From Nitrospirota bacterium (GTDB lineage: Bacteria > Nitrospirota > UBA9217): a stretch of DNA of 64,000 nucleotides. The position numbers and the translations under genes were made by a program. Below are positions 19,634 to 30,048 of the stretch, in pieces (positions within the stretch are counted from its first letter, which is position 1; each line of letters opens with the position of its first letter). The notes under the pieces are model-generated. The model searched no databases and had not been told where the DNA came from. It worked only from the letters and a program-made list of their open reading frames with translations. The stretch lies in the NCBI GenBank assembly GCA_963840455.1, contig CAWIYV010000009.1, positions 288,001 through 352,000 on the forward strand, read 5' to 3'.

Positions 19634-20770
19634 ATGAGAGAGTCCACAATGTTCAAAACGGATGATACGACACGGACCTACACCGATCTCATGCTTGATC
19701 AGGAGTTCGGGTTATACGTCGCCGAGTACTTCCATCTGACCCTTTACCAGGAGCGGAAGCGGCGGGAGCGGTCCAAGCGGAGCATGTACCTTATGCTGAT
19801 CGACCTCATGCGGATCCCCGAGGAAGAGCAGGGCGCGGCGGTCAGAACGATCTCCCAAAGACTCTCGGCGCTGACGCGGGAGACCGATATCAAGGGCTGG
19901 TACAGCGTAAGCCAGGTCATCGGGGTGATCTTTACGGAGTTCAATGTCTTCGACAAACAGGCGGTGTTGAACAAGATTAAGAACGATCTTGAGCGCAACC
20001 TCCCTCCGGACGAGGTGAAGATCATTGATTTCTCGATCCATGAGTTTCCCCAGGAGAGCGACCGGTGTGAACTTCCAGAGTATCAAGTTCTCTATCCCGA
20101 AGTGAAGAAGAAATACGCTGCGAAGGGGGGGCCATTCCTCGTCAAACGGATCATCGACATCGTGGGGAGCCTCGTGGGATTGATCCTTTTCTCACCGTTC
20201 TTTCTGGCGATCCCGGTCCTGATAAAAGCAACATCGCGGGGACCGGTCCTGTTCCGGCAGCAGCGTGTGGGGCTCTATGGAAAGAAGTTCATGTTCCTCA
20301 AGTTCAGGACGATGTACGTGGGCAATGATCCACGCGTGCATGAGGAATATGTCAAGAAGCTGATCGCAGGGAAGATCGAAGCGGAGGGCGGCGACGGCGC
20401 ATCGCAGAAGCCTGTTTACAAGATCACGAACGACAAGCGTGTCACTCCCATCGGAGAGCTGCTCCGCAAGACAAGCCTGGACGAGCTGCCGCAGTTCATC
20501 AACGTGCTGCTCGGCGACATGTCGCTCGTGGGACCGCGTCCGCCGATCCCCTACGAAGTGCAGAACTATGATATATGGCACCGTTGCCGTGTAGTCGAGG
20601 TGAAGCCCGGGATCACCGGACTCTGGCAGGTCATGGGAAGGAGCACGACGAGCTTCGACGAGATGGTCAGGCTCGATATCAAATACTCACGGGAATGGTC
20701 GCTCTGGCTGGACCTCAAGATCATCGTCATGACGCCTTGGTCGGTGATCAAGGGCAAAGGGGCTTACTAA
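19634..20770 (+). CDS. Priming glycosyltransferase (polyprenyl-phosphate sugar transferase) with N-terminal degenerate GGDEF domain
   Basis: [59 protein letters not shown] end; GGAGG RBS; N-terminal RETD-IKGWY motif. Confidence 0.93.
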   Translation: MRESTMFKTDDTTRTYTDLMLDQEFGLYVAEYFHLTLYQERKRRERSKRSMYLMLIDLMRIPEEEQGAAVRTISQRLSALTRETDIKGWYSVSQVIGVIFTEFNVFDKQAVLNKIKNDLERNLPPDEVKIIDFSIHEFPQESDRCELPEYQVLYPEVKKKYAAKGGPFLVKRIIDIVGSLVGLILFSPFFLAIPVLIKATSRGPVLFRQQRVGLYGKKFMFLKFRTMYVGNDPRVHEEYVKKLIAGKIEAEGGDGASQKPVYKITNDKRVTPIGELLRKTSLDELPQFINVLLGDMSLVGPRPPIPYEVQNYDIWHRCRVVEVKPGITGLWQVMGRSTTSFDEMVRLDIKYSREWSLWLDLKIIVMTPWSVIKGKGAY

Positions 20771-20800
20771 CGTAAGTATATTCTGAGAGAGGTGAGAACC

Positions 20801-21802
20801 ATGATCAATATCGGCGTAATAGGGTACGGCTACTGGGGGCCGAACATCGTACGGAATTTCAGCAGCCTGGAAGGCGCGGAGGTGCGGTCCGTCTGCGACA
20901 TGAATCTCCCGTTGCTGAACCGGGTCCGCAAAGCATATCCGCAGATCAAAACGACCCAGGATTGCGGCGACATCCTCGACGCTCCGGACATCGACGCCGT
21001 CGCGGTCATCACGCCGGTATCGAGCCATTATGAGCTCGCGAAGCGCGCGCTCCTGAACGGCAAGCACGTCTTTGTCGAAAAGCCCTTCACGGCCACGATC
21101 GCACAGGCCGAAGAGCTGATCGAGATCGCCGAGCGGAAGAACCTCACGATCATGGTCGACCATACGTTCATCTTCACGGGAGCGGTGCGAAAGATCAAAC
21201 GGCTGATCGAGGAGAAGTCTCTGGGCGATCTGTATTACTATGATTCTGTCCGTGTGAACCTCGGGCTTTTCCAGAGCGATGTGAACGTCGTCTGGGACCT
21301 CGCACCCCACGATTTTGCGGTCATGGACTTCCTGATCGACGAAAAGCCGGCCGCCGTGGCCGCCTGCGGAAAGGCACATGTGAACGGGCTTGAGGACACG
21401 GCCTATATCACGGTGCAATTTAACAACAATATGATAGCCCACTTCAACGTCAACTGGCTTTCCCCGGTCAAGGTAAGGACGACCCTGATCGGCGGCGAGA
21501 AGAAGATGCTGGTCTGGAACGACCTGGAGGCCGACGAGAAGATCAAGATCTACGACAAGGGCGTCGAGGTCACGAACCGGGAGGGTGTCTACAATCTGCG
21601 CGTGAGCTATCGCTCGGGCGATATGTACGCTCCGAAAGTGGACCAGATCGAGGCGCTGAAGCACGAAACGGAATATTTCCTTGAGTGCATCACAAAAGGC
21701 GAGCGTCCAAAGAACGACGGACATGCCGGGTTGCGCGTGGTGAAGCTGCTTGACGCATGCAACGAGTCGATGAAACGGAACGGGCAGATGGTGAACGTAT
21801 GA
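20801..21802 (+). CDS. Gfo/Idh/MocA oxidoreductase (WbpB/WlbA-like)
   Basis: IGVIGYGYWGPN, GKHVFVEKP, DLAPHD. Confidence 0.9.
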   Translation: MINIGVIGYGYWGPNIVRNFSSLEGAEVRSVCDMNLPLLNRVRKAYPQIKTTQDCGDILDAPDIDAVAVITPVSSHYELAKRALLNGKHVFVEKPFTATIAQAEELIEIAERKNLTIMVDHTFIFTGAVRKIKRLIEEKSLGDLYYYDSVRVNLGLFQSDVNVVWDLAPHDFAVMDFLIDEKPAAVAACGKAHVNGLEDTAYITVQFNNNMIAHFNVNWLSPVKVRTTLIGGEKKMLVWNDLEADEKIKIYDKGVEVTNREGVYNLRVSYRSGDMYAPKVDQIEALKHETEYFLECITKGERPKNDGHAGLRVVKLLDACNESMKRNGQMVNV

Positions 21803-22278
21803 CCTATCTCTGCGTAGCCGATGACGTGAAGCTCGGTGCGAATGTCAAGCTGGCCAAGTTCATCAACCTCTACGGCTGCACCATCGGGGACAATACAAAG
21901 ATCGGGACGTTCGTGGAAGTGCAGAAGAACGCTCATATCGGCAGGAATTGCAAGATCCAGAGCCATACGTTCATATGCGAGGGCGTGACTATCGCGGACG
22001 ATGTATTCATCGGGCACGGGGTGACGTTCGTCAACGACAAATACCCCCGGTCCACGAACGGGACCGGCTCCCTGCAGAGCGAGGAGGACTGGAAGGTCTC
22101 CCCGACGATCGTCGAACAGGGCGCCTCCGTCGGTTCGGGTGCCACGATACTCTGCAATGTGACCATCGGCGAGAGGGCCATCGTCGGCTCGGGCAGCGTG
22201 GTCACCCGGGATGTGCCGCCCTACACTATTGTTGCCGGAAATCCTGCGCGGATCATAAGGAGGATCAGTCATGAATAA
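21799..22278 (+). CDS. Hexapeptide-repeat N-acetyltransferase (WbpD/WlbB-like)
   Basis: Left-handed beta-helix repeats, FVNDKYPRS, VTRDVPPYTIVAGNPAR; ATGA overlap with the upstream gene. Confidence 0.9.
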   Translation: MTYLCVADDVKLGANVKLAKFINLYGCTIGDNTKIGTFVEVQKNAHIGRNCKIQSHTFICEGVTIADDVFIGHGVTFVNDKYPRSTNGTGSLQSEEDWKVSPTIVEQGASVGSGATILCNVTIGERAIVGSGSVVTRDVPPYTIVAGNPARIIRRISHE

Positions 22279-23491
22279 TCACGTACCGTTCCTTGATCTC
22301 ATCACGCCCCAACTCGAGGATGAGGAGGCATTGATCGGCGTCTGCCGGGAGGCCCTGCATACCGGGAGGTTCATCGGCGGGCCCATGGTGGAGGAGTTCG
22401 AGAAGCAGTTCGCGGCGTTCTGTGATACGAAATACTGTGTCGGTGTCGGGAGCGGCACCGACGCGCTTCGGTTCGGCCTGATCGCAGCAGGGATCCGGCA
22501 GGAAGATATTGTGATCACGGTCCCGAACACGTTCATTGCCACCACGGAGGCGATCTCCCAGGCAGGCGCCTACCCGGCGTTCGTCGATATCGACCCGCTG
22601 ACCAGCACGATGGACCCGAAACGGCTGCGGCAGTACCTGGAGACACAGTGTGAGAGCAGGCCGGGGACCGGCGAGACCATTCACCGGAAGACCGGCCGCC
22701 GGGTGTCCTGTGTCATACCGGTGCATCTGTACGGGCAGACAGCCGACATGGATGCGATCCGGGAGATCAGCGACCAGTATCGCCTGATCGTCATCGAGGA
22801 CGCATGCCAGGCCCATGGCGCGAAATATTATTCGAAGCGGGACGGACAGTGGACAAAAGCCGGCAGCATGGGAATCGCGGCCGCGTTCAGCTTCTATCCG
22901 GGTAAGAACCTCGGCGCTTGCGGAGAGGCAGGCGCGCTCACCACGGACAACGAAGAGCTTGCCAGTAAGGTCCGGATGCTGCGCGACCACGGCCAGGCGC
23001 AGAAATACATCCATGACATGGAAGGGTACAACGGGCGTCTGGATGCCATCCAGGCAGGGTTCCTCCAGGTCAAGCTGAAGCGGCTGAACGCCTGGAACGA
23101 GCTGCGCAGGCGACATGCCGATCGATATACAACCCTGCTGAAGGACCTCGATGGGGTCATGACGCCCGTTGAACCGGAAAATTGCAGGGGCGTCTACCAC
23201 CTCTACGTTATCCAGACGAAAGAGCGGGACGCGCTCCAGAAATTCCTGTTGGAACGGAACATCGTCACCGGCCTGCACTATCCCATCCCGTTGCATCTGC
23301 AGAAGGCATATGCCGGGTATGGCTTCTCCAAGGGCGATTATCCGGTTGCCGAGGCCGTATCCCGCGAGATCCTCTCCCTTCCAATGTTCCCCGGCCTGAC
23401 CGAACAGCAGCAGGACCGCGTCATCGAGGGAATGCGCGCGTTCCGCCCTATCGCTGCGTCGACAAGGCCGGAGATGTCTGCTCAGAGGTGA
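22271..23491 (+). CDS. DegT/DnrJ/EryC1/StrS aminotransferase (WbpE/WlbC-like)
   Basis: GSGTDAL, PVHLYGQ, IEDACQAHGA, FSFYPGKNLGA. Confidence 0.95.
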   Translation: MNNHVPFLDLITPQLEDEEALIGVCREALHTGRFIGGPMVEEFEKQFAAFCDTKYCVGVGSGTDALRFGLIAAGIRQEDIVITVPNTFIATTEAISQAGAYPAFVDIDPLTSTMDPKRLRQYLETQCESRPGTGETIHRKTGRRVSCVIPVHLYGQTADMDAIREISDQYRLIVIEDACQAHGAKYYSKRDGQWTKAGSMGIAAAFSFYPGKNLGACGEAGALTTDNEELASKVRMLRDHGQAQKYIHDMEGYNGRLDAIQAGFLQVKLKRLNAWNELRRRHADRYTTLLKDLDGVMTPVEPENCRGVYHLYVIQTKERDALQKFLLERNIVTGLHYPIPLHLQKAYAGYGFSKGDYPVAEAVSREILSLPMFPGLTEQQQDRVIEGMRAFRPIAASTRPEMSAQR

Positions 23492-23569
23492 AGGTGCCAG
23501 AGGTCATGGCGCTCGGCGCGACAGGCGTGTCCCTGCCGGACGGCGGAAGCCACAGAAAGGGAGCCGAAC

Positions 23570-24343
23570 ATGGATAACCAGACTGAACATACGGTCGAAC
23601 CGGCACTTCAGCAGGAACTGATGCTGAAGCTGATCACCAAGGGATTCTATCGTGAACTGATCAACTACGGCATAGCGAAGAAAGGTGTCATTACGGTCTC
23701 GTCCTATCTGCTCGAGTACCTGATGAAAGACCTGAAGAATCCCAGCACGAACAACGGGGACGGCTACTACCATCATCTGTTCTCGATCAAGAACGTTCAT
23801 GATGACTTGAAGAACGGCCTGGGGTTGAGTATCCAGGATGTCAGCATCACCCCGCTGCGTCCCGAATTGTACGGACAGGTCGCCCTGTGGCTGGCCGATC
23901 CCGCGATCAGGGATAGCTTCGTTTCGCCGTTTCCCGATTCGGCACAGGAACTGGAGAGGTATTTTTCACAGCCGTGCCGCGAGTATTTCACGATCCAGTA
24001 CAACAATAAACCTGTCGGGGTGATCGGCGCGGACTCAATCGATGAGCGTTCGCGCAAGCTGGAAATGAAGAAGTGCATCGGCACTATGGACCTCCAGGGT
24101 CGGGGAATCGGCAAGGCCGCGACATTCCTGTTCCTCTACTACGCATTCGTTGTGATGAACTATGACAAGGTGTTTATCCACTCGGGCGACACCAATATCC
24201 GGAACATCATCCTGAACAGCAAGTTCGGATTCGAGCTCGAAGGCATTTTTTTCAGCGATGTCGTTGTAGGGACCGCCAGGAAGGACGTGGTGCGCATGGG
24301 GCTTCTCAGGCCGCAATGGTTGGAGATCTTTTCCGGTGATTGA
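23570..24343 (+). CDS. GNAT (RimJ/RimL-like) acetyltransferase with N-terminal extension
   Basis: QGRGIGK acetyl-CoA loop, N...N.KFGFELEG. Confidence 0.8.
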   Translation: MDNQTEHTVEPALQQELMLKLITKGFYRELINYGIAKKGVITVSSYLLEYLMKDLKNPSTNNGDGYYHHLFSIKNVHDDLKNGLGLSIQDVSITPLRPELYGQVALWLADPAIRDSFVSPFPDSAQELERYFSQPCREYFTIQYNNKPVGVIGADSIDERSRKLEMKKCIGTMDLQGRGIGKAATFLFLYYAFVVMNYDKVFIHSGDTNIRNIILNSKFGFELEGIFFSDVVVGTARKDVVRMGLLRPQWLEIFSGD

Positions 24344-25391
24344 CCGCGTTGAGAACAGCGGCATCCGGATCCTCGACCCGCTCCATGACCCTGACTGGGA
24401 CGAGCGTATCCGCGCGCATGAAACGGCGTCGATCTTTATGACGTCGAGCTGGGCGCGGGTGCTTGCCGATTCCTACGGGTATCAACCCCGGTATTTCGGC
24501 GAGGTCCGAAACGGGGTTCTTGCCGCGCTGATGCCCTTCATGGAGGTGAGCAGCATCCTGACGGGAAAACGGGGCGTATCGCTGCCGTTCACCGACCAGT
24601 GCGAGCCGATCACGTCCAGCGTGACCGGGTTTCAGGATGTCCTCGACAGCGTCATTGATCACGGAAAGCGATCGGGGTGGAACTACCTGGAGCTGCGGCC
24701 GGGGACCGGTCTTGCTTCCCCGGCGCCGCCTTCGACGGTCTGCTGCGGACACGTGCTCGATCTCACGCCCGGTCCCGATCAGCTCTTTCGAGGCCTCCGG
24801 GACAGCACGCGTCGGAACATAAAACGAGCGCAGCACGCCGGCGTCACGGTGACCGTCAGCAGTACGGCAGAGGGTCTCCTGGAGTTCTGCCGCCTGAACT
24901 GCATGACGAGACGCGAGCACGGTCTTCCGCCGCAGCCTGCGAAGTTCTTCGGGAACATCCACCGGCATGTGCTTGCGAAAGGGCACGGCATGGTGGTCCT
25001 TGCATCCTCCGGCGGACGCACGATCGCCGGTGCGGTCTATTTTCACTTCGGCAGGAATGCCGTGTATAAATACGGGGCTTCGGACCGGCGCCATCAGAAT
25101 CTCCGTGCCAACAACCTGGTCATGTGGGAAGCGATCCGGCGCTACGCCGCCGAAGGCCTCCGGGTGTTCGACTTCGGCCGAACCGAGCCCGGGAACGAGG
25201 GGTTGCTCCAGTTCAAGCGGGGATGGGGGGCTGTGGAACGACCGGTCAACTATTACCGGTATGATCTGCGGCGGGATGAGTTCGTGACCAGCCACCTCGC
25301 CGTGGCCGGTGCGCATACGGCCTACTTCCGGCACATGCCGATGCCGCTGCTCAAGCTGGCGGGAACACTATTGTACCGGCACATGGGATAG
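24336..25391 (+). CDS. FemAB/GNAT-family protein
   Basis: SLPFTD, RRNIKRA, ANNLVMWEAI, FDFGRT...GLLQFKRGWG. Confidence 0.88.
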   Translation: MIDRVENSGIRILDPLHDPDWDERIRAHETASIFMTSSWARVLADSYGYQPRYFGEVRNGVLAALMPFMEVSSILTGKRGVSLPFTDQCEPITSSVTGFQDVLDSVIDHGKRSGWNYLELRPGTGLASPAPPSTVCCGHVLDLTPGPDQLFRGLRDSTRRNIKRAQHAGVTVTVSSTAEGLLEFCRLNCMTRREHGLPPQPAKFFGNIHRHVLAKGHGMVVLASSGGRTIAGAVYFHFGRNAVYKYGASDRRHQNLRANNLVMWEAIRRYAAEGLRVFDFGRTEPGNEGLLQFKRGWGAVERPVNYYRYDLRRDEFVTSHLAVAGAHTAYFRHMPMPLLKLAGTLLYRHMG

Positions 25392-25416
25392 GACAGGAAC
25401 GACCGATGAGGACGCT

Positions 25417-26400
25417 ATGAAGCTGCGAAACCGGGTATTCTACAGGCTCAAACCCTTGATCCCCCGCGGGGTGCAGCTCTTTCTGAGAAGAAAGATCATC
25501 CAGCATCAGCTGGTGCGCTTCAAGGACGTCTGGCCTATTGATGAACGGGCCGGCGCCGCGCCTGCGGGGTGGTCGGGATGGCCGGAGGGAAAGCGGTTCG
25601 CGCTGGTGCTGACGCACGATGTTGATACTGCGCGCGGGTTCGAACGCTGTCTCGCGCTGGCCGATGTGGAGGAGCGACTGGGGTTCCGGTCATCGTTCAA
25701 TTTCGTGCCATTGCGGTACGCCATCTCCGATGACGTCCTGGCAAAGCTCAAACAGCGGGGATTCGAGCTCGGGGTGCATGGACTGTACCATGACGGCAAG
25801 TATTACGAGACCAAGAAAATCTTCCAGGAGCGCGCCGACAAGATCAACCACTACCTGAAAAAGTGGGGTTCCGCGGGGTACCGGGCTCCCTGCATGCTGC
25901 ACAAGCTGAGCTGGTTCCACGACCTCAATATCGAATACGACACATCGACGTTCGACACCGATCCCTTCGAGCCCAACCCCTGCGGCGCACGGACGATATT
26001 TCCCTTCATCGTCACCTCCGGTGAGACGAAGAATCAATACGTGGAAATGCCCTATACGCTGCCGCAGGACTTCACGCTCTTCATCCTGATGCGAAACCGG
26101 AACATCGATATCTGGCGGCAGAAGCTGGAATGGGTGGTCCGGCACGGTGGCGTGGTGCTGGTGAACACGCATCCTGACTACATGAACATGAACGGACAGG
26201 CGGCCGGGCGGGAGGAGTACCCGGTCCAATTCTACGAGCAGCTTCTGCGTCATATTCAGGAAGAATATCGAGGGCAGTACTGGCATGTCCTTCCCAAGGA
26301 GCTGGCCCGGTACTGGAGGAACACGACGCAGGATGCCCGCCACAATGCCCGTGCATTGTTTTCGCTGGTCCCTGAGTTCAGCGGTTGGGGAGAAGTGTAG
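25417..26400 (+). CDS. Polysaccharide deacetylase-fold (CE4/GH57-like) protein
   Basis: LVLTHDVD, ELGVHGLYH, EMPYTLPQD, VNTHPDY. Confidence 0.82.
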   Translation: MKLRNRVFYRLKPLIPRGVQLFLRRKIIQHQLVRFKDVWPIDERAGAAPAGWSGWPEGKRFALVLTHDVDTARGFERCLALADVEERLGFRSSFNFVPLRYAISDDVLAKLKQRGFELGVHGLYHDGKYYETKKIFQERADKINHYLKKWGSAGYRAPCMLHKLSWFHDLNIEYDTSTFDTDPFEPNPCGARTIFPFIVTSGETKNQYVEMPYTLPQDFTLFILMRNRNIDIWRQKLEWVVRHGGVVLVNTHPDYMNMNGQAAGREEYPVQFYEQLLRHIQEEYRGQYWHVLPKELARYWRNTTQDARHNARALFSLVPEFSGWGEV

Positions 26401-26438
26401 TGCATTCAAACGAACGACCTATAAGGAGAACAGAGACC

Positions 26439-27899
26439 ATGGGTGATTACAAAGTAGCAATGCAATTCGTAGAACCGAAGACCTATTACGACGGCGCCCC
26501 CTACGATCCGCCGGTGCGCTATCCCGAGTATGAGGGGTCCGGCGTGGACCCGAAGAACCATGTCTACGAGGCCGTTCGGAAAATGTTTTATTCGCTCGGC
26601 CTCGACAGCGCCAATTACAACACCGCGCAGTGGAACCCCTTTGGAGAGATGATCAAGCCGGGGATGACGGTGTTCATCAAGGCGAACACGGTCACCCACG
26701 AGCATAGCCAGAAGAAGGACATCTTCTCGGTGATCGTCCACGCGTCGGTGCTGCGGCCGATCCTCGACTATGTCGTCAAGGCCCTGAAGCACGAAGGGAG
26801 GATCATCGTCGGCGACTCGCAGCTCTACTACTGCGACTTCGACAAGGCGATGAAGGCCTCGCACATCGACAAGCTCCTGACATGGTATGCCGGCACCACC
26901 CGCGTTCCCTTCGAGTGCTACGACATGCGGATGAACCGTGCCGTCCGGACCTGGATGTACGGCCGCTGGGGGCGGGCAAAGGTCGAGCAGGACCCCCGGG
27001 GCTACCGGTTCATCGACCTCAAGGACAAGAGCGCCTTCGAAGGCATCGATCCGAAGCGGCTGCGCATCGCCATCGCGAGCTACAAGAACATGCGGAAGCA
27101 TCACGCGCCGGGAAAGCACCAATACCTCTTCCCGAAGTCCTTCCTCGAGAGCGACGTGGTCATCAGCATCCCCAAGCTCAAGACACACCGGCGGACCGCG
27201 GTGACGATCGCGCTCAAGAACTTCATGGGCCTTCCGGCGCTGAAAGACAGCCTGCCGCATTTCATCACCGGCTCGGTTTCCGAGGGGGGCGACCAGTACA
27301 TCAATCCCTCGCTGCGAAAGTCGATCGGCACCTTCCTGCATGACCAGATCCAGACCATCCCCTTCGTCCCGGTGAAGTTCGTGCTGGCCGTGGCAAAAGC
27401 CGCGCTCTGGAACTCGCGCCGGATCGTCCCCTTCAAGGACGATGTCGCCGAGGCCATGTGGTACGGGAACGACACGCTGTGGCGAACACTGCAGGACCTG
27501 AACAAGGCGGCGGTCTACGCGGACAAGGAAGGCAAGCTTTGCGACACGCCCCAGCGGAAGGTGTTCGTCGTTGTCGACGGCATCATTGCCGGGGAAGGGA
27601 ACGGACCGCTCGCTCCGGATCCCGTCTCGGCGGGTGTGCTGCTCGCGGGGAGCAGCACGGTTACGATCGATGCCGTGGGCGCGACGCTGATGGGATTCGA
27701 TATTGAGCGGATCCCGCTGATCCAAAAGATCCTTGACGGGAACGGCCAGTTGCCTCTGTACGCGGGGACCCGCGAAGATATCGTCGTACTGGACGGGGAC
27801 CAGAAGTACTCCCTCAAGGAGCTGGCGAAGCACCATAACCTTCATTTCGAGCCCCATCCGGGCTGGAAAAATTACGTGGAGCTGAAGGAAGAAAAATGA
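26439..27899 (+). CDS. DUF362 domain protein
   Basis: VISIPKLKTH..TAVTIALKNFMG, DGIIAGEGNGP; AAGGAG RBS. Confidence 0.85.
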   Translation: MGDYKVAMQFVEPKTYYDGAPYDPPVRYPEYEGSGVDPKNHVYEAVRKMFYSLGLDSANYNTAQWNPFGEMIKPGMTVFIKANTVTHEHSQKKDIFSVIVHASVLRPILDYVVKALKHEGRIIVGDSQLYYCDFDKAMKASHIDKLLTWYAGTTRVPFECYDMRMNRAVRTWMYGRWGRAKVEQDPRGYRFIDLKDKSAFEGIDPKRLRIAIASYKNMRKHHAPGKHQYLFPKSFLESDVVISIPKLKTHRRTAVTIALKNFMGLPALKDSLPHFITGSVSEGGDQYINPSLRKSIGTFLHDQIQTIPFVPVKFVLAVAKAALWNSRRIVPFKDDVAEAMWYGNDTLWRTLQDLNKAAVYADKEGKLCDTPQRKVFVVVDGIIAGEGNGPLAPDPVSAGVLLAGSSTVTIDAVGATLMGFDIERIPLIQKILDGNGQLPLYAGTREDIVVLDGDQKYSLKELAKHHNLHFEPHPGWKNYVELKEEK

Positions 27900-28543
27900 G
27901 CTTTGCGGTCGCCATCAAGAAGGTCCGGCGAAACCTGAGCGACTACGGGTTCGGGGAAACGCTCCGGAAAGCCCTCTCTTCGCTGGCAGGGAGCGTTTAT
28001 CTTGAACGGACCTATCGGATCTACCGCAGGGACCTGCGGACCGGGAAGTTCGCGGAAGAGGTCCCTCCGGGCATCGATCTCAGGGTCATCGGCGCGGGCG
28101 ATGCGGCGGCGATCAAAGACATCGAGAACATGGAGGAATGGCTCCAGGGAGCCGTCAAAGAACGTCTCTCGCGGGGTCTCTGCGTTGCTGCATTCGACGG
28201 CGAACGCGTCGTCGGTTTCAACCTGGTCGCCTTCGATGAGATTTACATCCCGCTGCTGAATATGACCAGACGGCTCCGGCCGAAGCAGGCCTGGTCCGAG
28301 CAGATCACGGTCGCGAAGGACCACCGGAAAAGCGGCCTTGCCTCCGCGCTTCGTCATCGCGTCTTTTCGGAACTGCAGCAGCGCGGATTCCGATTTCTGT
28401 ACGGCGGCACTTTGCTGACGAACGTCGCATCGCTTAAGTCTGCGAACAAGGTCGGATTCAGGTCCCTAGCTGATGTGCGGTACCAAAGGGTCCTTACCCG
28501 GGAATATCGCACGTACAGGAGGATCAAGCATGTCGTTCCTTGA
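27896..28543 (+). CDS. GNAT family acetyltransferase
   Basis: VAKDHRKSGLA, NVASLKSANKVGF. Confidence 0.8.
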   Translation: MSFAVAIKKVRRNLSDYGFGETLRKALSSLAGSVYLERTYRIYRRDLRTGKFAEEVPPGIDLRVIGAGDAAAIKDIENMEEWLQGAVKERLSRGLCVAAFDGERVVGFNLVAFDEIYIPLLNMTRRLRPKQAWSEQITVAKDHRKSGLASALRHRVFSELQQRGFRFLYGGTLLTNVASLKSANKVGFRSLADVRYQRVLTREYRTYRRIKHVVP

Positions 28544-29987
28544 ACGAGCGGAGGAACTCCTGGTCGGAAGGGCTACCTTCCCACTGACGAACTATCTCCT
28601 CAACCGCCGGGGCATCTTGTCACGCTATGATGAGCTGCGCCGGTCGGAATGGTACCAGCCCGAACAGCTGAGGGAACTACAGCTCCGGAAGCTGAAGCAG
28701 CTCATCGCCTATGCCTACGAACAGGTCCCATTCTATACAGAACGGTTCCGTGCCATCGGCATGTTGCCGGGGGACATCAGGTCGCTCGAGGACCTCAGGA
28801 AGGTGCCGCCCCTCAGCAGACAGGAAGTGATCGATCGGAGGAGCGACCTGGTTGACCGGCGACTGAGTGACTCGCTTGCCGCCGCAGACGGCTCATCGCG
28901 GGGGCCCGGTGAACCCATCCCGTTCGCCCCGTTCCGGCGCCACAAGCTTGTACGCAATACATCCAGCGGATCCACCGGCGCGCCTACGGTATTCTATGAG
29001 GACGGCTCCCAGACAGCGCTCAACTGGGTCCATGAGCTCAGGCTCAAAAGCTGGTTCGGGAACCTGCCTGGCGCGCGTGAGGCGAGGATGGTCCGGCTTT
29101 CGACCGAGTACCTTCCGAAGAGCCGCACGCTCCGGCTCCGGAACCGCCTCTGGAACCAGCTCATCCTTCCCGGGGTGAACCTGACCGATCAGGACTACGC
29201 CGTGAGCGTCGAGAAGCTGCGGATGTTCCGGCCGAAAACGCTCTGGGGATTCACCTCTGCGGTTGCGGGCCTTGCTGACTATATCCGCAGGACCGGCATC
29301 GATCCGTCGCCCTGGGGGATCCGGCTCGTGGTAGGATGGGCCGCGCCGGTCTACGATCATGAACGCAGGCTGCTGGAAACGGTCTTTGCCTGCCCGGTCT
29401 CGAACATCTACGGCGCGCGGGAGGTCGGGCATGTGGCCGGCCAGTGCCCCGCCGGTTCCTATCATATCAACCAGGAGCACCTGCTCGTGGAGCGCGACGA
29501 GGATGCCGGGGCGACGGAGGGCCGGGAAGCAGGGGAGGTCCTCGTCACCACGCTCGGCATCTCGCCCATGCCCTTTATCCGCTACCGCATGGGCGACATC
29601 GGTACGATCGCCCCTTCGAGCTGCAGCTGCGGAAGGACGCTGCCGGTGCTCCAGGAGTTCGTCGGCAGAACAGGCGAGATATTCCGAACACGGGACGGAC
29701 GGATGATATCACCGAACTTCTGGTGCCGGACCTTTATGAACGTAAAGCTCGCCGGTGCCATCAAGCGTTTCCAGGTGATCTATCTCAGCGACCATTCCAT
29801 GCAGATCAAGATCGTGAAGGACGGCCTTTTCAGCAGCGAAACGGAGCAGGTACTGACCGGGCACCTGAAAAGGAATTTCCCTCTGGACATGGAGTTCTCG
29901 TTCGAGTATGTCCCCGAAATCCTGCCCCAGGTGTCGGGCAAATATCAGATGGTCGTGAATGCAATGGCCGGCCGACAGGCTCGATGA
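28530..29987 (+). CDS. Phenylacetate-CoA ligase family adenylate-forming protein (CapK-like)
   Basis: TSSGSTGAP, YGAREVG, MPFIRYRMGD, SGKY. Confidence 0.9.
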   Translation: MSFLERAEELLVGRATFPLTNYLLNRRGILSRYDELRRSEWYQPEQLRELQLRKLKQLIAYAYEQVPFYTERFRAIGMLPGDIRSLEDLRKVPPLSRQEVIDRRSDLVDRRLSDSLAAADGSSRGPGEPIPFAPFRRHKLVRNTSSGSTGAPTVFYEDGSQTALNWVHELRLKSWFGNLPGAREARMVRLSTEYLPKSRTLRLRNRLWNQLILPGVNLTDQDYAVSVEKLRMFRPKTLWGFTSAVAGLADYIRRTGIDPSPWGIRLVVGWAAPVYDHERRLLETVFACPVSNIYGAREVGHVAGQCPAGSYHINQEHLLVERDEDAGATEGREAGEVLVTTLGISPMPFIRYRMGDIGTIAPSSCSCGRTLPVLQEFVGRTGEIFRTRDGRMISPNFWCRTFMNVKLAGAIKRFQVIYLSDHSMQIKIVKDGLFSSETEQVLTGHLKRNFPLDMEFSFEYVPEILPQVSGKYQMVVNAMAGRQAR

Positions 29988-30048
29988 GGGTAAAAACGCC
30001 CGTATGAGCGACCGGCGCATGTTCGCAACATCAAGAGCGATCTCTCGT

